A DNA stretch of 38,183 bases from an uncultured Candidatus Saccharibacteria bacterium (lineage in GTDB: Bacteria > Patescibacteriota > Doudnabacteria > UBA920 > O2-02-FULL-48-8): the NCBI GenBank assembly GCA_964405805.1, contig CAYOPE010000005.1, positions 1 through 38,183 on the forward strand, given 5' to 3'. Numbering within the stretch: the stretch's first letter is position 1; every line of letters begins with the position of its first letter. Under the pieces are notes generated by a model. That model was given only the letters and a program-made list of their open reading frames with translations. It was not told the origin of the DNA and ran no database searches. Shown piece after piece: positions 1 through 9,432 of this stretch. The position numbers were made by a program, and so were the translations under genes.

Positions 1-15
1 CTCAGAATGACATAC

Positions 16-44
16 TTGATCCGGGATCCAGTTTCTGCTATCAT
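16..44 (+). promoter_or_regulatory. sigma70-type promoter for rpsT
   Basis: TTGATC (16-21), 17 nt spacer, TG-extended TATCAT (39-44). Confidence 0.6.
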
Positions 45-72
45 TCCCAAGCTAATCAGTGTCGCTGATTCG

Positions 73-107
73 CACTATCACCTATAACCTATCAACTATT
101 ACCTACT
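73..107 (+). repeat. five degenerate heptamers directly before the rpsT start codon
   Basis: CACTATC ACCTATA ACCTATC AACTATT ACCTACT, then ATG at 108. Confidence 0.6.
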
Positions 108-368
108 ATGCCCAATACTAAATCAGCCATGAAAGCCATGCGGCAGTCTATCCGCAGACGAGCTGTGAACCTCAAGGCTCTCGATGCTATCCGAAAAACC
201 AGCAAGCAGTTTAAAAAGCTAGCTACAGCAAAGTCTTCAGATGCCCAGAAAGCTCTCTCAGCAGCCTTCGCAGCACTCGATAAAGCAGCGAAAAAGCACA
301 TCATCCATAAAAACACTGCTAACCGTAAGAAGTCCCGTTTAGCAGCAATGCTGGCAAAAAACAAGTAG
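108..368 (+). CDS. rpsT: 30S ribosomal protein S20
   Basis: MPNTKSAMKAMRQS...LDKAAKKHIIHKNTANRKKSRL is the S20 signature; 86 aa. Confidence 0.98.
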   Translation: MPNTKSAMKAMRQSIRRRAVNLKALDAIRKTSKQFKKLATAKSSDAQKALSAAFAALDKAAKKHIIHKNTANRKKSRLAAMLAKNK

Positions 369-372
369 GAAA

Positions 373-428
373 GCAATCCTGACGAAAGTCAGGATCTTTT
401 TTAGACCCTGAAACAAGTTCAGGGTTGC
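373..428. repeat. REP/MITE-like double-hairpin element, copy 1 (intergenic)
   Basis: GCAATCCTGACGAAAGTCAGGATC-T-rich spacer-GACCCTGAAACAAGTTCAGGGTTGC; near-identical inverted copy at 20491-20548. Confidence 0.9.
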
Positions 429-440
429 ATGCTTCCGCTT

Positions 441-557
441 TTACAAAATTTCTTTTATCTCTGAAAGGTTTCGGACCACTTTCCGAGCCAAGTTCTCCAG
501 CTCTTTGTCTTCGAATTCAGTGTTAATGGCTATGCCATTTTTCGTCAGCGCATTCAT
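441..557 (-). CDS. possible small ORF (38 aa, MNALTKNGIAINTEFEDKELENLARKVVRNLSEIKEIL)
   Basis: ATG lies 1 nt after the EamA stop; ORF fills the gap before the repeat; no homology recognised. Confidence 0.35.
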   Translation of the reverse strand: MNALTKNGIAINTEFEDKELENLARKVVRNLSEIKEIL

Positions 558-558
558 C

Positions 559-1002
559 TCATACTCTTTGGAAAAAATAAATCACAAAAACTCCGGAGAC
601 GATGAGTGCTCCTCCGAGTAATACCGACCAACTCAGATGGGAAGTCCTGAAGAATATCCAAGAAAACAAAATTACAAAAAGTGGATATGAAATTTCGACC
701 AGGCTACCAAGAGTAGCATCTTGGTGCTGAATCACGAGACAAATCAGAACATTGCCAATCACGAAAGCGGAAATTCCAATTAAAAACCAGACCATCAGAC
801 TCTTATGAGCAAGAATTGTCACATAATCCCGATATACTCTACCAGACCAAAGAGCATAAAGGCCCACGGCCACAAAGCCGAACAGCAGATGCGTGCCGAT
901 AAAAGTAGGTACTGACATTTTCTGTAAAACTTTTTCAGCGATGGCATAATCAATCCCCCACAAAACAGCACCCGCTAATGCCACTATTACCCAGGTATTC
1001 AT
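559..1002 (-). CDS. EamA/DMT-family transporter (single EamA domain)
   Basis: about 5 hydrophobic segments; AVLWG..Y..AEK and ISYPLFVILFSWIFF..LS....LGGALIVSGV motifs. Confidence 0.85.
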   Translation of the reverse strand: MNTWVIVALAGAVLWGIDYAIAEKVLQKMSVPTFIGTHLLFGFVAVGLYALWSGRVYRDYVTILAHKSLMVWFLIGISAFVIGNVLICLVIQHQDATLGSLVEISYPLFVILFSWIFFRTSHLSWSVLLGGALIVSGVFVIYFFQRV

Positions 1003-1013
1003 AAATTTATAAA

Positions 1014-1649
1014 CTAATCATAAAGATGCTTGACAGCTGCTCTAGCTGCCTGAATTTTTTTGCTACTAGCACCGGGACCGGATATTGCTTTTAGTAAATT
1101 ATAAAATTTCTTATCATGGGATTTGAAAAATTCAAACGCGTGTAACGGATCTTGCGACCATCTGCCTTTTAATTCAAACCAGTGCGTGCTTATTTCCTGA
1201 AAAAGCAAGCCGAGATGGTGGAAAAAGAGCATCGGGTCTAATTGGTATCTAATTACTTTAGCTAATTTTCTCTTATCCCATCTTTCGCGAGCTTGATATT
1301 CAGACGGAGAAAGTTTTTTAGGACCACGAGCGTAAACTTTGGCCGTCGTATCTAATATCTTCCGAGCTTTACCATGCGAGTGATCATAAGTAAGCCTGAC
1401 TTTTTCATAAGGATTCCAGTGGTTCCTCAAAACATCATTTTTTATATCCGATATTTTCTTCAAGTGGATATCTAGTTCTTGCTCCATAAACAACTCCCCT
1501 AAGTATTCATTTCTATTTTTCGTCAGAATAATGATATCCCAGTCACTATCTCCTCGTGCGTAATCTCTAGCACGAGATCCAATAAGAAAAATAGCCAATG
1601 GCTTGTATTTTTTGACTAAATGTTTAACAATTTGTGCTTCCAAATTCAT
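1014..1649 (-). CDS. nucleotidyltransferase-domain protein (MNT/KNTase-like N-terminus plus helical C-terminus)
   Basis: IFLIGSRARD...DSDWDII is the GS...DxD Pol-beta-type NTase motif; start overlaps the polA stop (ATGA). Confidence 0.8.
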   Translation of the reverse strand: MNLEAQIVKHLVKKYKPLAIFLIGSRARDYARGDSDWDIIILTKNRNEYLGELFMEQELDIHLKKISDIKNDVLRNHWNPYEKVRLTYDHSHGKARKILDTTAKVYARGPKKLSPSEYQARERWDKRKLAKVIRYQLDPMLFFHHLGLLFQEISTHWFELKGRWSQDPLHAFEFFKSHDKKFYNLLKAISGPGASSKKIQAARAAVKHLYD

Positions 1650-3943
1650 ACTTTCACTTTCTCCATCTCTGACCAGTTGTCGCCGACTTTGGCGTCCACG
1701 AGAAGCGGAACATTTAATTTGTAAGATGACTCCATGATAGGTTTAATTTTGCCAGCCCACTCTTCGGCTTTATCAGTTTCAACTTCAAACACTAATTCAT
1801 CATGCACGGATAGCAGCATGCTCAATTTCGGAAATTGGCGATCAATCTCGATCATGGCCATCTTGATAATGTCTGCAGCTAGTGACTGAATCGGCATATT
1901 TACAGCTTGCCGCTCAGCGCCAGACCTGATGGCAAAGTTGGAAGCATGAATATCTGGGAAATAGCGGATGCGGCCCAGAGGATTGGTCATAAATCCATCT
2001 TGATGAGCGAGTTGGATCAGGCCATTGATGTAAGCGCGCAGCTGCGGGAAAGCTTCGTAATATTTTTTGATGTACTCCGCAGCTTCAGCGCGCTGCATAT
2101 CAGATCGTTCTGATAATCCAAACGCAGACACGCCATACAGAATGCTGAAGTTAATGGTTTTCGCGTCACGGCGCTGACTCGGTGTCACTTCTGACTCCTT
2201 CACGCCGAAGATTCTGGCTGCTGTGGCGGTGTGAAAATCAATTCCTTTCGAAAAAATCTTAATCATCTCTTCATCGCCAGAGAGTGAGGCGGCAATCCGC
2301 AACTCGATCTGAGAATAATCAAGCGACAATAAAACTTTTCCTTTTTCTCCGACAAAAGCTTTGCGGACTTCATTGCCCAGTTCAGTCTTGATCGGAATAT
2401 TTTGCAAATTCGGATTCAATGAGGACAGTCTTCCATGCGCTGAAATGGTTTGATTATAAGTAGTATGGATTCTACCGTCTTTGGCCACCAGTTCTGGCAA
2501 GGAATCAATATAAGTGGACTTAAGTTTCGTGATTTCGCGGTACTCAAAAATCAAATCAATGATCGGGTGCAGGTCACGAAGCTTCTCGAGCTGCTCAGCA
2601 CCAGTGGACAAAGCCTTGGTCTTGCCAGTTTTTCTAATATTTTCAGTGGGGATTTTCAGTTTTTCAAACAAAACTTCTCGAAGCTGGATGGGGGAGGCAA
2701 TATTAAACTCCATTTTCGCTTCTTTGTAAATTTGCTTGGTCAGTTTCTCGACTCTCGCCTGCAATTTTTTACTTAAACTAGAAAGCCAGGCAGTATCAAG
2801 CTTAATCCCGCGCTCCTGCATGCGTGCCAGGACACCCATAAGAGGAATTTCGATCTCTTGGTAAATCTTTAACAACTTTTTTGACTTAGTCAACTTGTCC
2901 GCTAAACCTTTCCAATCAGAAGTTTCATAGCTTCTGCGACCAGGATCCAAAAGATATGCCGCAATCAGAGCCTGAGCTTCATTTTTTATTAATTCATTGG
3001 GCTTACTGGGTTTCTTCGGAGCCTCGATTACTTCTTCTTCAATCTTGGCTTCAAATTTTTTCGAAACTTTGGGCAATCTCGCATCTAAAGCCTTGATTCC
3101 GATCGCATGCAGCAACTTCATAACCATTGCCTGATCATAATCGCCAAGCTTAGTAGCCTCAAAGTCGAAATCGAGACTATTTTTCTGGTCAATATGCGCC
3201 AGCTTCTGGGATAGATATGCTTTGTCTTTACCCTCAATGAGTTTTTTCAGAGTTCCAGCTTTAATCTTGTCTGATTTGCGAGCCACAGCTTCGTACACTC
3301 CATCAAGAGAACCAAAAGTCTTGATCAATTCCGCAGCGCCCTTCTCGCCAATCCCTGGCACGCCCGGAATATTATCTGAAGTGTCGCCTTTAATAGCTTT
3401 GTAATCCACCCACTGACTCGGATGCAGGCCATAAATCTCGACCATCTTCTCCGGGTCGAAAATCTGAATGTCAGAAAACCCAACTTTAAATCTGTAAACT
3501 TGCGTATGATTATCAATCAGCTGCAGCAAATCCAAATCCCCAGTGACGATGATGTTGAGAACATCTTTCGCAGTCTTGTGTGAAATAATACCAAGCAAAT
3601 CATCAGCTTCGAAGCCGACTTTTTCGTAAATAGGGATATCCAGAGCGGTCAGAATTTCTTTCAGCTTTGGCAGCTGCATGGTCAGCTCGTCAGGAGTGGC
3701 TTTTCTGGTCGCTTTGTAATCAGCGGACAATGTATCACGGAAAGTTTTCCCTGGCACATCAAAGGTTACGAGCGCATGAGTCGGCTTAATATCAACTAGC
3801 GCTTTAAAAAACATGGACAAAAATCCGAAAATCGCACCTGTCGGAAACCCGCCAGGCCCAGTCATATTTGGCAGCGCATGAAAAGCTCTGTGAAACAGCG
3901 CATGCCCATCGATTAGTAAAAGTTTCTGCTTGAAATTTGTCAT
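1646..3943 (-). CDS. polA: DNA polymerase I (5'-3' exonuclease plus polymerase; 3'-5' domain largely missing)
   Basis: LLLIDGHALFHRAFHA, EADD, GDTSDNIPGVPGIGEK, DYSQIELR, AKTINF..LYG, VHDEL; start placed at MTNFKQ (3943). Confidence 0.97.
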   Translation of the reverse strand: MTNFKQKLLLIDGHALFHRAFHALPNMTGPGGFPTGAIFGFLSMFFKALVDIKPTHALVTFDVPGKTFRDTLSADYKATRKATPDELTMQLPKLKEILTALDIPIYEKVGFEADDLLGIISHKTAKDVLNIIVTGDLDLLQLIDNHTQVYRFKVGFSDIQIFDPEKMVEIYGLHPSQWVDYKAIKGDTSDNIPGVPGIGEKGAAELIKTFGSLDGVYEAVARKSDKIKAGTLKKLIEGKDKAYLSQKLAHIDQKNSLDFDFEATKLGDYDQAMVMKLLHAIGIKALDARLPKVSKKFEAKIEEEVIEAPKKPSKPNELIKNEAQALIAAYLLDPGRRSYETSDWKGLADKLTKSKKLLKIYQEIEIPLMGVLARMQERGIKLDTAWLSSLSKKLQARVEKLTKQIYKEAKMEFNIASPIQLREVLFEKLKIPTENIRKTGKTKALSTGAEQLEKLRDLHPIIDLIFEYREITKLKSTYIDSLPELVAKDGRIHTTYNQTISAHGRLSSLNPNLQNIPIKTELGNEVRKAFVGEKGKVLLSLDYSQIELRIAASLSGDEEMIKIFSKGIDFHTATAARIFGVKESEVTPSQRRDAKTINFSILYGVSAFGLSERSDMQRAEAAEYIKKYYEAFPQLRAYINGLIQLAHQDGFMTNPLGRIRYFPDIHASNFAIRSGAERQAVNMPIQSLAADIIKMAMIEIDRQFPKLSMLLSVHDELVFEVETDKAEEWAGKIKPIMESSYKLNVPLLVDAKVGDNWSEMEKVKV

Positions 3944-3948
3944 TAAAT

Positions 3949-4704
3949 TTATAAGCTTAGTTCTTGTTTCTTCGCAGCATGCCAATCGCTTTCATAAAAA
4001 TTTTGAAGAATACTCCCGGCTTTTTCTTTGTATGCAATTATTCCTGGGTCATTCGCATGTTCTGGATAGTAATCAAAGTTAGGTTCAGCCTCCTCATATA
4101 TGCCAGTGCCTGAAATTTGTGAATCCTCTAATTGCTTGACCTGGCCTGTTTTGATCCAGTCCGCAAAATCTAGTATTGCTGTATCTGGATAGCCTCGGAC
4201 AATGCCTGCGAGAACATCATAACCTTTGGGTGAACTCCCAACTTCCTCAGCGGCTTCAATTCCTTGAATTAACTTTTGCCTCCACTTTACCAGTCCTTCC
4301 CAACCTTCTTCTCTGGCAAATGGTGTCACCCCGGGGAGTTTGCTAATTTTACTTATTCTTTCGATCCCTGGCAAACTATCGAGTGACACCATTTGAGTAT
4401 TTTGCTCAGTAGCAGGTGCGCGGAATGGTTTGCCTGCAAGTCTAAAATGGATCTGTTCGTCGATCTGGTTTAAAATTTCTAAATCCCGAGTTAGTTGCTG
4501 CAATGTTCCTTCGTCTTTTATATGAATAAAAAATTCTGTCATCCCTTTCATACCAGCTAAAGTCAGCACAACGTTTGACTCCACGAGGGCGTGGCGTAAA
4601 TTTGGAGAAACTTGCTCAAATTTTGCTTTTATTAAGTCAACAACTTGGGCAGCAGTTCTTGGTTCAGGTACTAAATTTTGTTCGACCTCTCTTGATTCCA
4701 CCAT
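3949..4704 (-). CDS. hypothetical protein
   Basis: long open frame; start placed at MVESREV (4704), 6 nt after a TG-TATGAT box; contains a G..RGYP motif. Confidence 0.75.
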   Translation of the reverse strand: MVESREVEQNLVPEPRTAAQVVDLIKAKFEQVSPNLRHALVESNVVLTLAGMKGMTEFFIHIKDEGTLQQLTRDLEILNQIDEQIHFRLAGKPFRAPATEQNTQMVSLDSLPGIERISKISKLPGVTPFAREEGWEGLVKWRQKLIQGIEAAEEVGSSPKGYDVLAGIVRGYPDTAILDFADWIKTGQVKQLEDSQISGTGIYEEAEPNFDYYPEHANDPGIIAYKEKAGSILQNFYESDWHAAKKQELSL

Positions 4705-4710
4705 ACCCCA

Positions 4711-4746
4711 ATCATACCAAAAAACCCCGCCGGTTGGCGAGGGTTT
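4711..4746 (-). terminator. intrinsic terminator fused to an extended -10 promoter
   Basis: minus strand reads AAACCCTCGCC-AACC-GGCGGGGTTTTTT-GG-TATGAT-6 nt-ATG. Confidence 0.75.
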
Positions 4747-5113
4747 ATCTTCCAAAATCATCTTGATAGCGCACGATGTCATTCTCATCAAAGTCGCCGA
4801 AACTAATCTCAATAAAAACTAAAGGTTTCTCAGCATGGGTATTTGCTATTCGATGCTTTGTCCCGATTGGAACCTCAATTTTACTTTCTGGTTGAACTAA
4901 AATCTCTTCATCGTCTAATGCTACGGTTCCTTCTCCTGCAATAACCAACCAGTGTTCTTTACGCTTCGTGTGAGACTGAAGAGACAATCGTTTTTTTGGG
5001 TGAACTGTAATTTTTTTGATTACAACATCTTTGCCACCATTTTGGCTAAACTCATGTATAACCTCAAAGCTACCCCAAGGCCGCTCTTCGTATTGTTTTG
5101 CATTCTTCGCCAT
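4745..5113 (-). CDS. mannose-6-phosphate isomerase type II C-terminal cupin protein
   Basis: ERPWGSF...RLSLQSH..RKEHW...HRIAN...IEIS.G.FDENDIVRYQDDFGR. Confidence 0.92.
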   Translation of the reverse strand: MAKNAKQYEERPWGSFEVIHEFSQNGGKDVVIKKITVHPKKRLSLQSHTKRKEHWLVIAGEGTVALDDEEILVQPESKIEVPIGTKHRIANTHAEKPLVFIEISFGDFDENDIVRYQDDFGR

Positions 5114-5115
5114 AA

Positions 5116-6072
5116 TTAGTCAAAATACGGGATCTTCCACCATTCGTAGGGATCAACCACTCGCATCTTCTTATCTAGTTTGTTCAGGGTATCCATCTCT
5201 TCTGTAGATAGTTCAAAGTCGTAAATATCGATATTTTGCTTGAGGTTGTCAGGGCTTAAACTTTTCGGGATGACAATAGTATTTCTCTGGATAGCCCATC
5301 GCAAAACTATTTGAGCAGGAGATTTAGAATGATTTTTTCCAATCGCAACTACTTGTGGCTCTTCCAGGAGAATTGTTTGATTGTGTTCTTTGGCCCGCGT
5401 AGGATTCGCAAGCGGTGAATAACCAGTAACAGCAATATTATGGAAGCGACAAAACTCGATCATTCTTGTCTGAGCATTGTAAGGATGTACTTCAATCTGA
5501 TTAACAGCCGGGATAACTTTCGCATAGCTTAACAAATCGATGAGCATAGGCGCTGTAAAATTTGAAACCCCGATTGCCTTCACCGATCCTGCTTTGTAAA
5601 GTTCTTCCAGCGCTTCCCAAGTTTCGCGAATAGAAACTTTTTCAGTGATTAACATGCCATCGGGACCTACTTGTTCCGAGTAGCGTCCAAACTGATTAGC
5701 GACATTACTATCATTTGGCGGAATCGCAATCCCCCAATGCACCAAATACAAATCTAAGTAATCTACTTGCAGATCTTCTAAACTTTTCTCATAGGCTGGC
5801 CTGACTCTATCTTTCGGATGCTCCGAATTCCAGAGCTTGCTGGTGATAAAAACTTCTTCTCGTTTAAGCTTACCGGTCGAAAAAACAGTCTTAAAAACTT
5901 CTCCGATCTCTTTTTCGTTTTTATATATCGCAGCACAGTCAATGTGTCGATAACCTGCTACTTCTAGCGCATTCTTCACAGCAGCCCCCACCTCATTGGC
6001 CTGAGACTTCCAAGTACCCAACCCTACGTTTGGCATCTGAGCACCGGTATTTAAAGTAATATACTTTTCCAT
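5116..6072 (-). CDS. aldo/keto reductase
   Basis: GLGTW, GYRHIDCAAIY, FITSKLWN, DYLDLYLVHW, IGVSNF, NQIEVHPY, VIPKS. Confidence 0.96.
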   Translation of the reverse strand: MEKYITLNTGAQMPNVGLGTWKSQANEVGAAVKNALEVAGYRHIDCAAIYKNEKEIGEVFKTVFSTGKLKREEVFITSKLWNSEHPKDRVRPAYEKSLEDLQVDYLDLYLVHWGIAIPPNDSNVANQFGRYSEQVGPDGMLITEKVSIRETWEALEELYKAGSVKAIGVSNFTAPMLIDLLSYAKVIPAVNQIEVHPYNAQTRMIEFCRFHNIAVTGYSPLANPTRAKEHNQTILLEEPQVVAIGKNHSKSPAQIVLRWAIQRNTIVIPKSLSPDNLKQNIDIYDFELSTEEMDTLNKLDKKMRVVDPYEWWKIPYFD

Positions 6073-6078
6073 GCCTTC

Positions 6079-6116
6079 ATCATATCAAAAAACCGCCTCT
6101 TTATCGAGGCGGTTTT
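6079..6116 (-). terminator. intrinsic terminator fused to an extended -10 promoter
   Basis: minus strand reads AAAACCGCCTC-GATAAA-GAGGCGGTTTTTT-GA-TATGAT-6 nt-ATG. Confidence 0.8.
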
Positions 6117-6118
6117 CT

Positions 6119-6532
6119 TTAGGCTGCTTCTTCTTTTTTATCAGGACCGAATCTCTCTCTTATATCTCTTTTAGATTTCTCAACTTTTTCCAATTCTTCG
6201 GCAATATCCGCAGCTTCAGATGGTCCACTATTTGCATTAATCAAATCTTCCACCGTAACTTTCTTCTGTAATTCTCCCCCATCAGGAGTGGGCTTAGTCA
6301 TGAGCAGTTTACCATCAGGTAATTTTTTTCTGCCTTGCCAGCCCGCATCTAGAGGTCGAAATGAATTACCAGGTTCTGGACTTCGAAAAATATTCCAAGT
6401 TGTGCCTGGAGCTAAAAACCGATCCTCGGGAGTAATTTTTTCAGTTCGATCGGCTTCATTATTTTCTGGAGCTTTCCAGTTCGCCCAATTAGCTCCTGTG
6501 CGTGGGTCATGCTCTTGTTCTGATGTTTGCAT
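6119..6532 (-). CDS. hypothetical protein
   Basis: about 137 aa open frame from MQTSEQ, between a consensus promoter and a terminator. Confidence 0.7.
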   Translation of the reverse strand: MQTSEQEHDPRTGANWANWKAPENNEADRTEKITPEDRFLAPGTTWNIFRSPEPGNSFRPLDAGWQGRKKLPDGKLLMTKPTPDGGELQKKVTVEDLINANSGPSEAADIAEELEKVEKSKRDIRERFGPDKKEEAA

Positions 6533-6561
6533 ATTTATCAATCTAGTTAATTAAACAATAT

Positions 6562-6590
6562 ATTATATACCTTTTTGACGGTTTTGTCAA
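6562..6590 (-). promoter_or_regulatory. perfect consensus sigma70 promoter
   Basis: TTGACA (6590-6585), 17 nt spacer, TATAAT (6567-6562). Confidence 0.85.
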
Positions 6591-6591
6591 G

Positions 6592-6611
6592 CCTGCCTGC
6601 CGGCAGGCAGG
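6592..6611. repeat. perfect 20-bp GC-rich palindrome
   Basis: CCTGCCTGCCGGCAGGCAGG, between the PilB-like stop and the -35 box. Confidence 0.85.
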
Positions 6612-6612
6612 G

Positions 6613-8247
6613 CTACTCCTCAGTGACTCGAAAGACTTCTTCGATGTCTGTAATGCCAGCTAAGGCTTTCAGAACACCGTCCTGGGCCATAGTGATCATA
6701 CCTTCGGCGATGGCTTGGTTTTTTATCTCTGTAGTAGTCGCACCTTTCGTGATCATTTTCTCAATTTCGTCAGAAATAGTAAAGACTTCATGCACGCCGA
6801 TGCGTCCTTTGTAGCCCAAGCCGTTACATTTTTCGCAGCCCGGACTATGATAGAAAACCAGGCGCTTGGGTACTTCGGCTTGCGAAGCTTTCGGAATACT
6901 TTTCAGAATTAGTTCTACTCGAGCCAGTAAATTTTCTGGTAAACTGTATTCTTGTTTACAGGCCGTACAGATTTTTCTCACCAATCTCTGACCAATGATC
7001 GCATTAATCGAAGGAGCCAGCACAAATGGCTTGACCCCTAAGTCTAAGAGTCTGGGGATGGCAGAGGGCGCGTCGTTGGTATGCAGAGTCGAAAGTACGA
7101 TGTGCCCAGTCAACGCTGCTTGGCAGGCAATTTCTGCGGTTTCCAGATCGCGCATTTCACCGACCATGATGATGTCAGGGTCTTGTCGCAAAATTGCTCT
7201 TAATCCATCGGCAAAAGTCATGCCCGCGCGCGCATCGATCGGAGTCTGGGTAATCCCTGCAATTTTATATTCCACAGGATCTTCCAAGGTGATAATTTTC
7301 ACACCTGGCTCATTGAGTTTATTTAAAATGGCATAGAGGGTCGTAGTTTTTCCACTACCTGTAGGTCCTGTCGTCAGAATCATACCATTTGGCTTTTCCA
7401 TTTCTGCGAGAATTCTTTTTTCCGCAAGCCCGACAATGCCCAATTCTTGAAACTTCAAATTGCTTTTGTCCTGTCGCAGCAGTCGCATGACCACTGACTC
7501 ACCATAAGCTGAAGGAATCACTGAGACACGGATGTCTACAGGCTGGCCGTCAAAGGTCAGACTGAAACTGCCATCCTGAGGAACAGCTGTAACGTTTAGC
7601 TTGAGCCTGGACAAAATTTTAATTCTCGAGATTATCTGATGATGCAAATCTAAACTGATGGCTGCTGTATCCTGAAGTACCCCGTCAATACGAAATCGGA
7701 CTTTCAAACTTTGTGATTCGGGTTCTAGATGAATGTCTGAGGCATCGAGATTCAGTGCAGCGCCGACTATCTGATCGATCATCTCTGTGGCTGGGACGTT
7801 TTCAAACTTTTTGGCGATCTCTGATAGAGCACCAACCTTGACATCCTTACTCAAAATTTTCGTTTCTTCTGAACGCTTGCGCGCGACAATTATTTTGTCG
7901 TATTCCAAAAACACATGGTTGAAACTACTTTGAGAAACCAGAAAGACATCGACACTATAGCCAGCCTCTTTGAGTTTACTGATGACGCTTTTCTGTGAAT
8001 CTAAGACCTTGGTCACTCCCAGTTTGACAGTGCGACCTTCTTTATAAAAAACTAGTATATTGAATGCTTCTGCATCATGCTTGGGAATCAAATTCAAAGC
8101 CTGCGTATCAATCGGGAATCCGTAAAGATTCATGTACGCAATTTTTTGCTTGAGAGCTGATTTTTTGGTTTCTTCTTCTTCGAATTTACGATCAAGCTCG
8201 GAGTAGACTTGCTTGACGCGTAAAGCCTTATCCTGCTGACTTAGCAT
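6613..8247 (-). CDS. type IV pilus / type II secretion assembly ATPase (PilB/GspE family)
   Basis: [20 protein letters not shown], Walker [42 protein letters not shown], CxxC zinc pairs. Confidence 0.95.
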   Translation of the reverse strand: MLSQQDKALRVKQVYSELDRKFEEEETKKSALKQKIAYMNLYGFPIDTQALNLIPKHDAEAFNILVFYKEGRTVKLGVTKVLDSQKSVISKLKEAGYSVDVFLVSQSSFNHVFLEYDKIIVARKRSEETKILSKDVKVGALSEIAKKFENVPATEMIDQIVGAALNLDASDIHLEPESQSLKVRFRIDGVLQDTAAISLDLHHQIISRIKILSRLKLNVTAVPQDGSFSLTFDGQPVDIRVSVIPSAYGESVVMRLLRQDKSNLKFQELGIVGLAEKRILAEMEKPNGMILTTGPTGSGKTTTLYAILNKLNEPGVKIITLEDPVEYKIAGITQTPIDARAGMTFADGLRAILRQDPDIIMVGEMRDLETAEIACQAALTGHIVLSTLHTNDAPSAIPRLLDLGVKPFVLAPSINAIIGQRLVRKICTACKQEYSLPENLLARVELILKSIPKASQAEVPKRLVFYHSPGCEKCNGLGYKGRIGVHEVFTISDEIEKMITKGATTTEIKNQAIAEGMITMAQDGVLKALAGITDIEEVFRVTEE

Positions 8248-8249
8248 GT

Positions 8250-9383
8250 CTAGATTATAACATGCGGTTTGAGTAGTTCCAAAAGCTGTTTTTCGGCATC
8301 TATACCGGTCTTAGCAATCACAAACTTTATGGTTTGAGGTGCGATATTTTCTGGATTAAAACTCGTAAAGATACTAGACAGATTGAGCGGCATGGTGGTA
8401 GCGACAAATACTTCGGTATTCTGTCCATCTTCCTCTTCTTTCAGAAAACCGAAAATTTTCGCAAAGCCAAGCTGGCCAACCATTTCTTTGATAATCATAT
8501 CAGCGTCTGTATCAGAAGCTCCAGCCTTGATCAAATCGGTATTAGTAATCACAGAATAAACCAGAAGATTATTAAAGTCCTGCTTCAGTCGCGCCAGTAC
8601 TCGACCCCAAAGCTTCAGAAGTCCCAAACTTTTACTCTTATATAAGTAGCTGATAATTTCCTGTTGCTTGGCTCCTAGTGAGACTAGCTGAGAAGCTTTC
8701 AGGAAAATCTGCGGGCTAGTGCGGACATGCTGGAAGCTATTGGTCTCAGTGATGATGCCAGTCAAAAGTTGGGTGGCGATCGTCTCGTCCAAAAGCGAAC
8801 TTTCAAATTTGTTAATCAGATCCAAAACAATTTCCGAACAAGAAGTAGCAGTCAGATCCACCAGATTCATCTGCCCGTAATTTTCATTGCTTGGTCTAAA
8901 ATCAATGTTTAGGACTGGGACCTGGAAAAAAAGCTCTGTGTTTTTATTATAAAATTCACCTAACTGCTCAAGGCTTGGGATTCCGACTAGAATCACTAGA
9001 TCATACTGGAAATTGGACGAACCAAAAGTGACATCAGCTGGACCAAACTCACCAGTAGTCGGCTTAAGCAAAATCGATAGCTGTTCCGGCTCCTTTTTGT
9101 AACTTAACTCTGAAAGCTGAGTCTTTTTAGTTGAGAGGCTGATCACAAAAGTCTTGGTCAAATCAATACTTTTCACCAATTGGTTTGATTCTGGCAAGAA
9201 CTGCAAACGGCTAGGCGGGTCTTCATGCACTAGTACAATAGCGTCTTTTTCTAGTTTCTTTAAAAATGAACGTAAAGCCAAGGACGCAGCCAAAGAATCG
9301 CCATTGTTACTCTGGGTCAAAATGAGAATATTGGAAGCTGTCGACAGCTTATTGATAATTGGCTGTAATTCCATACAAATCAT
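8250..9383 (-). CDS. DHH/NrnA-family phosphoesterase-like protein with degenerate active site
   Basis: ILILTQSNNGDSLAAS, NIDFRPSNENYG, ATSCSEI, LLTGIITETNSF follow the DHH motif order, but DHH is replaced by DFR; start may be 9374. Confidence 0.8.
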   Translation of the reverse strand: MICMELQPIINKLSTASNILILTQSNNGDSLAASLALRSFLKKLEKDAIVLVHEDPPSRLQFLPESNQLVKSIDLTKTFVISLSTKKTQLSELSYKKEPEQLSILLKPTTGEFGPADVTFGSSNFQYDLVILVGIPSLEQLGEFYNKNTELFFQVPVLNIDFRPSNENYGQMNLVDLTATSCSEIVLDLINKFESSLLDETIATQLLTGIITETNSFQHVRTSPQIFLKASQLVSLGAKQQEIISYLYKSKSLGLLKLWGRVLARLKQDFNNLLVYSVITNTDLIKAGASDTDADMIIKEMVGQLGFAKIFGFLKEEEDGQNTEVFVATTMPLNLSSIFTSFNPENIAPQTIKFVIAKTGIDAEKQLLELLKPHVII

Positions 9384-9432
9384 AGTACTATAATAGGTTT
9401 ACCAAGAATAGTCAAACTGTTAAAATAACCCC

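Noticed and set aside
373-428. Hairpin repeats as CRISPR repeats or integron attC sites
   Set aside because: There is no regularly spaced array, no cas or integrase gene, and no RYYYAAC/GTTRRRY ends.
3944-4812. Longer starts for polA (3985) and the hypothetical gene (4812)
   Set aside because: They overlap neighbouring genes and cross a terminator; the internal ATGs fit the domain start and promoter position better.
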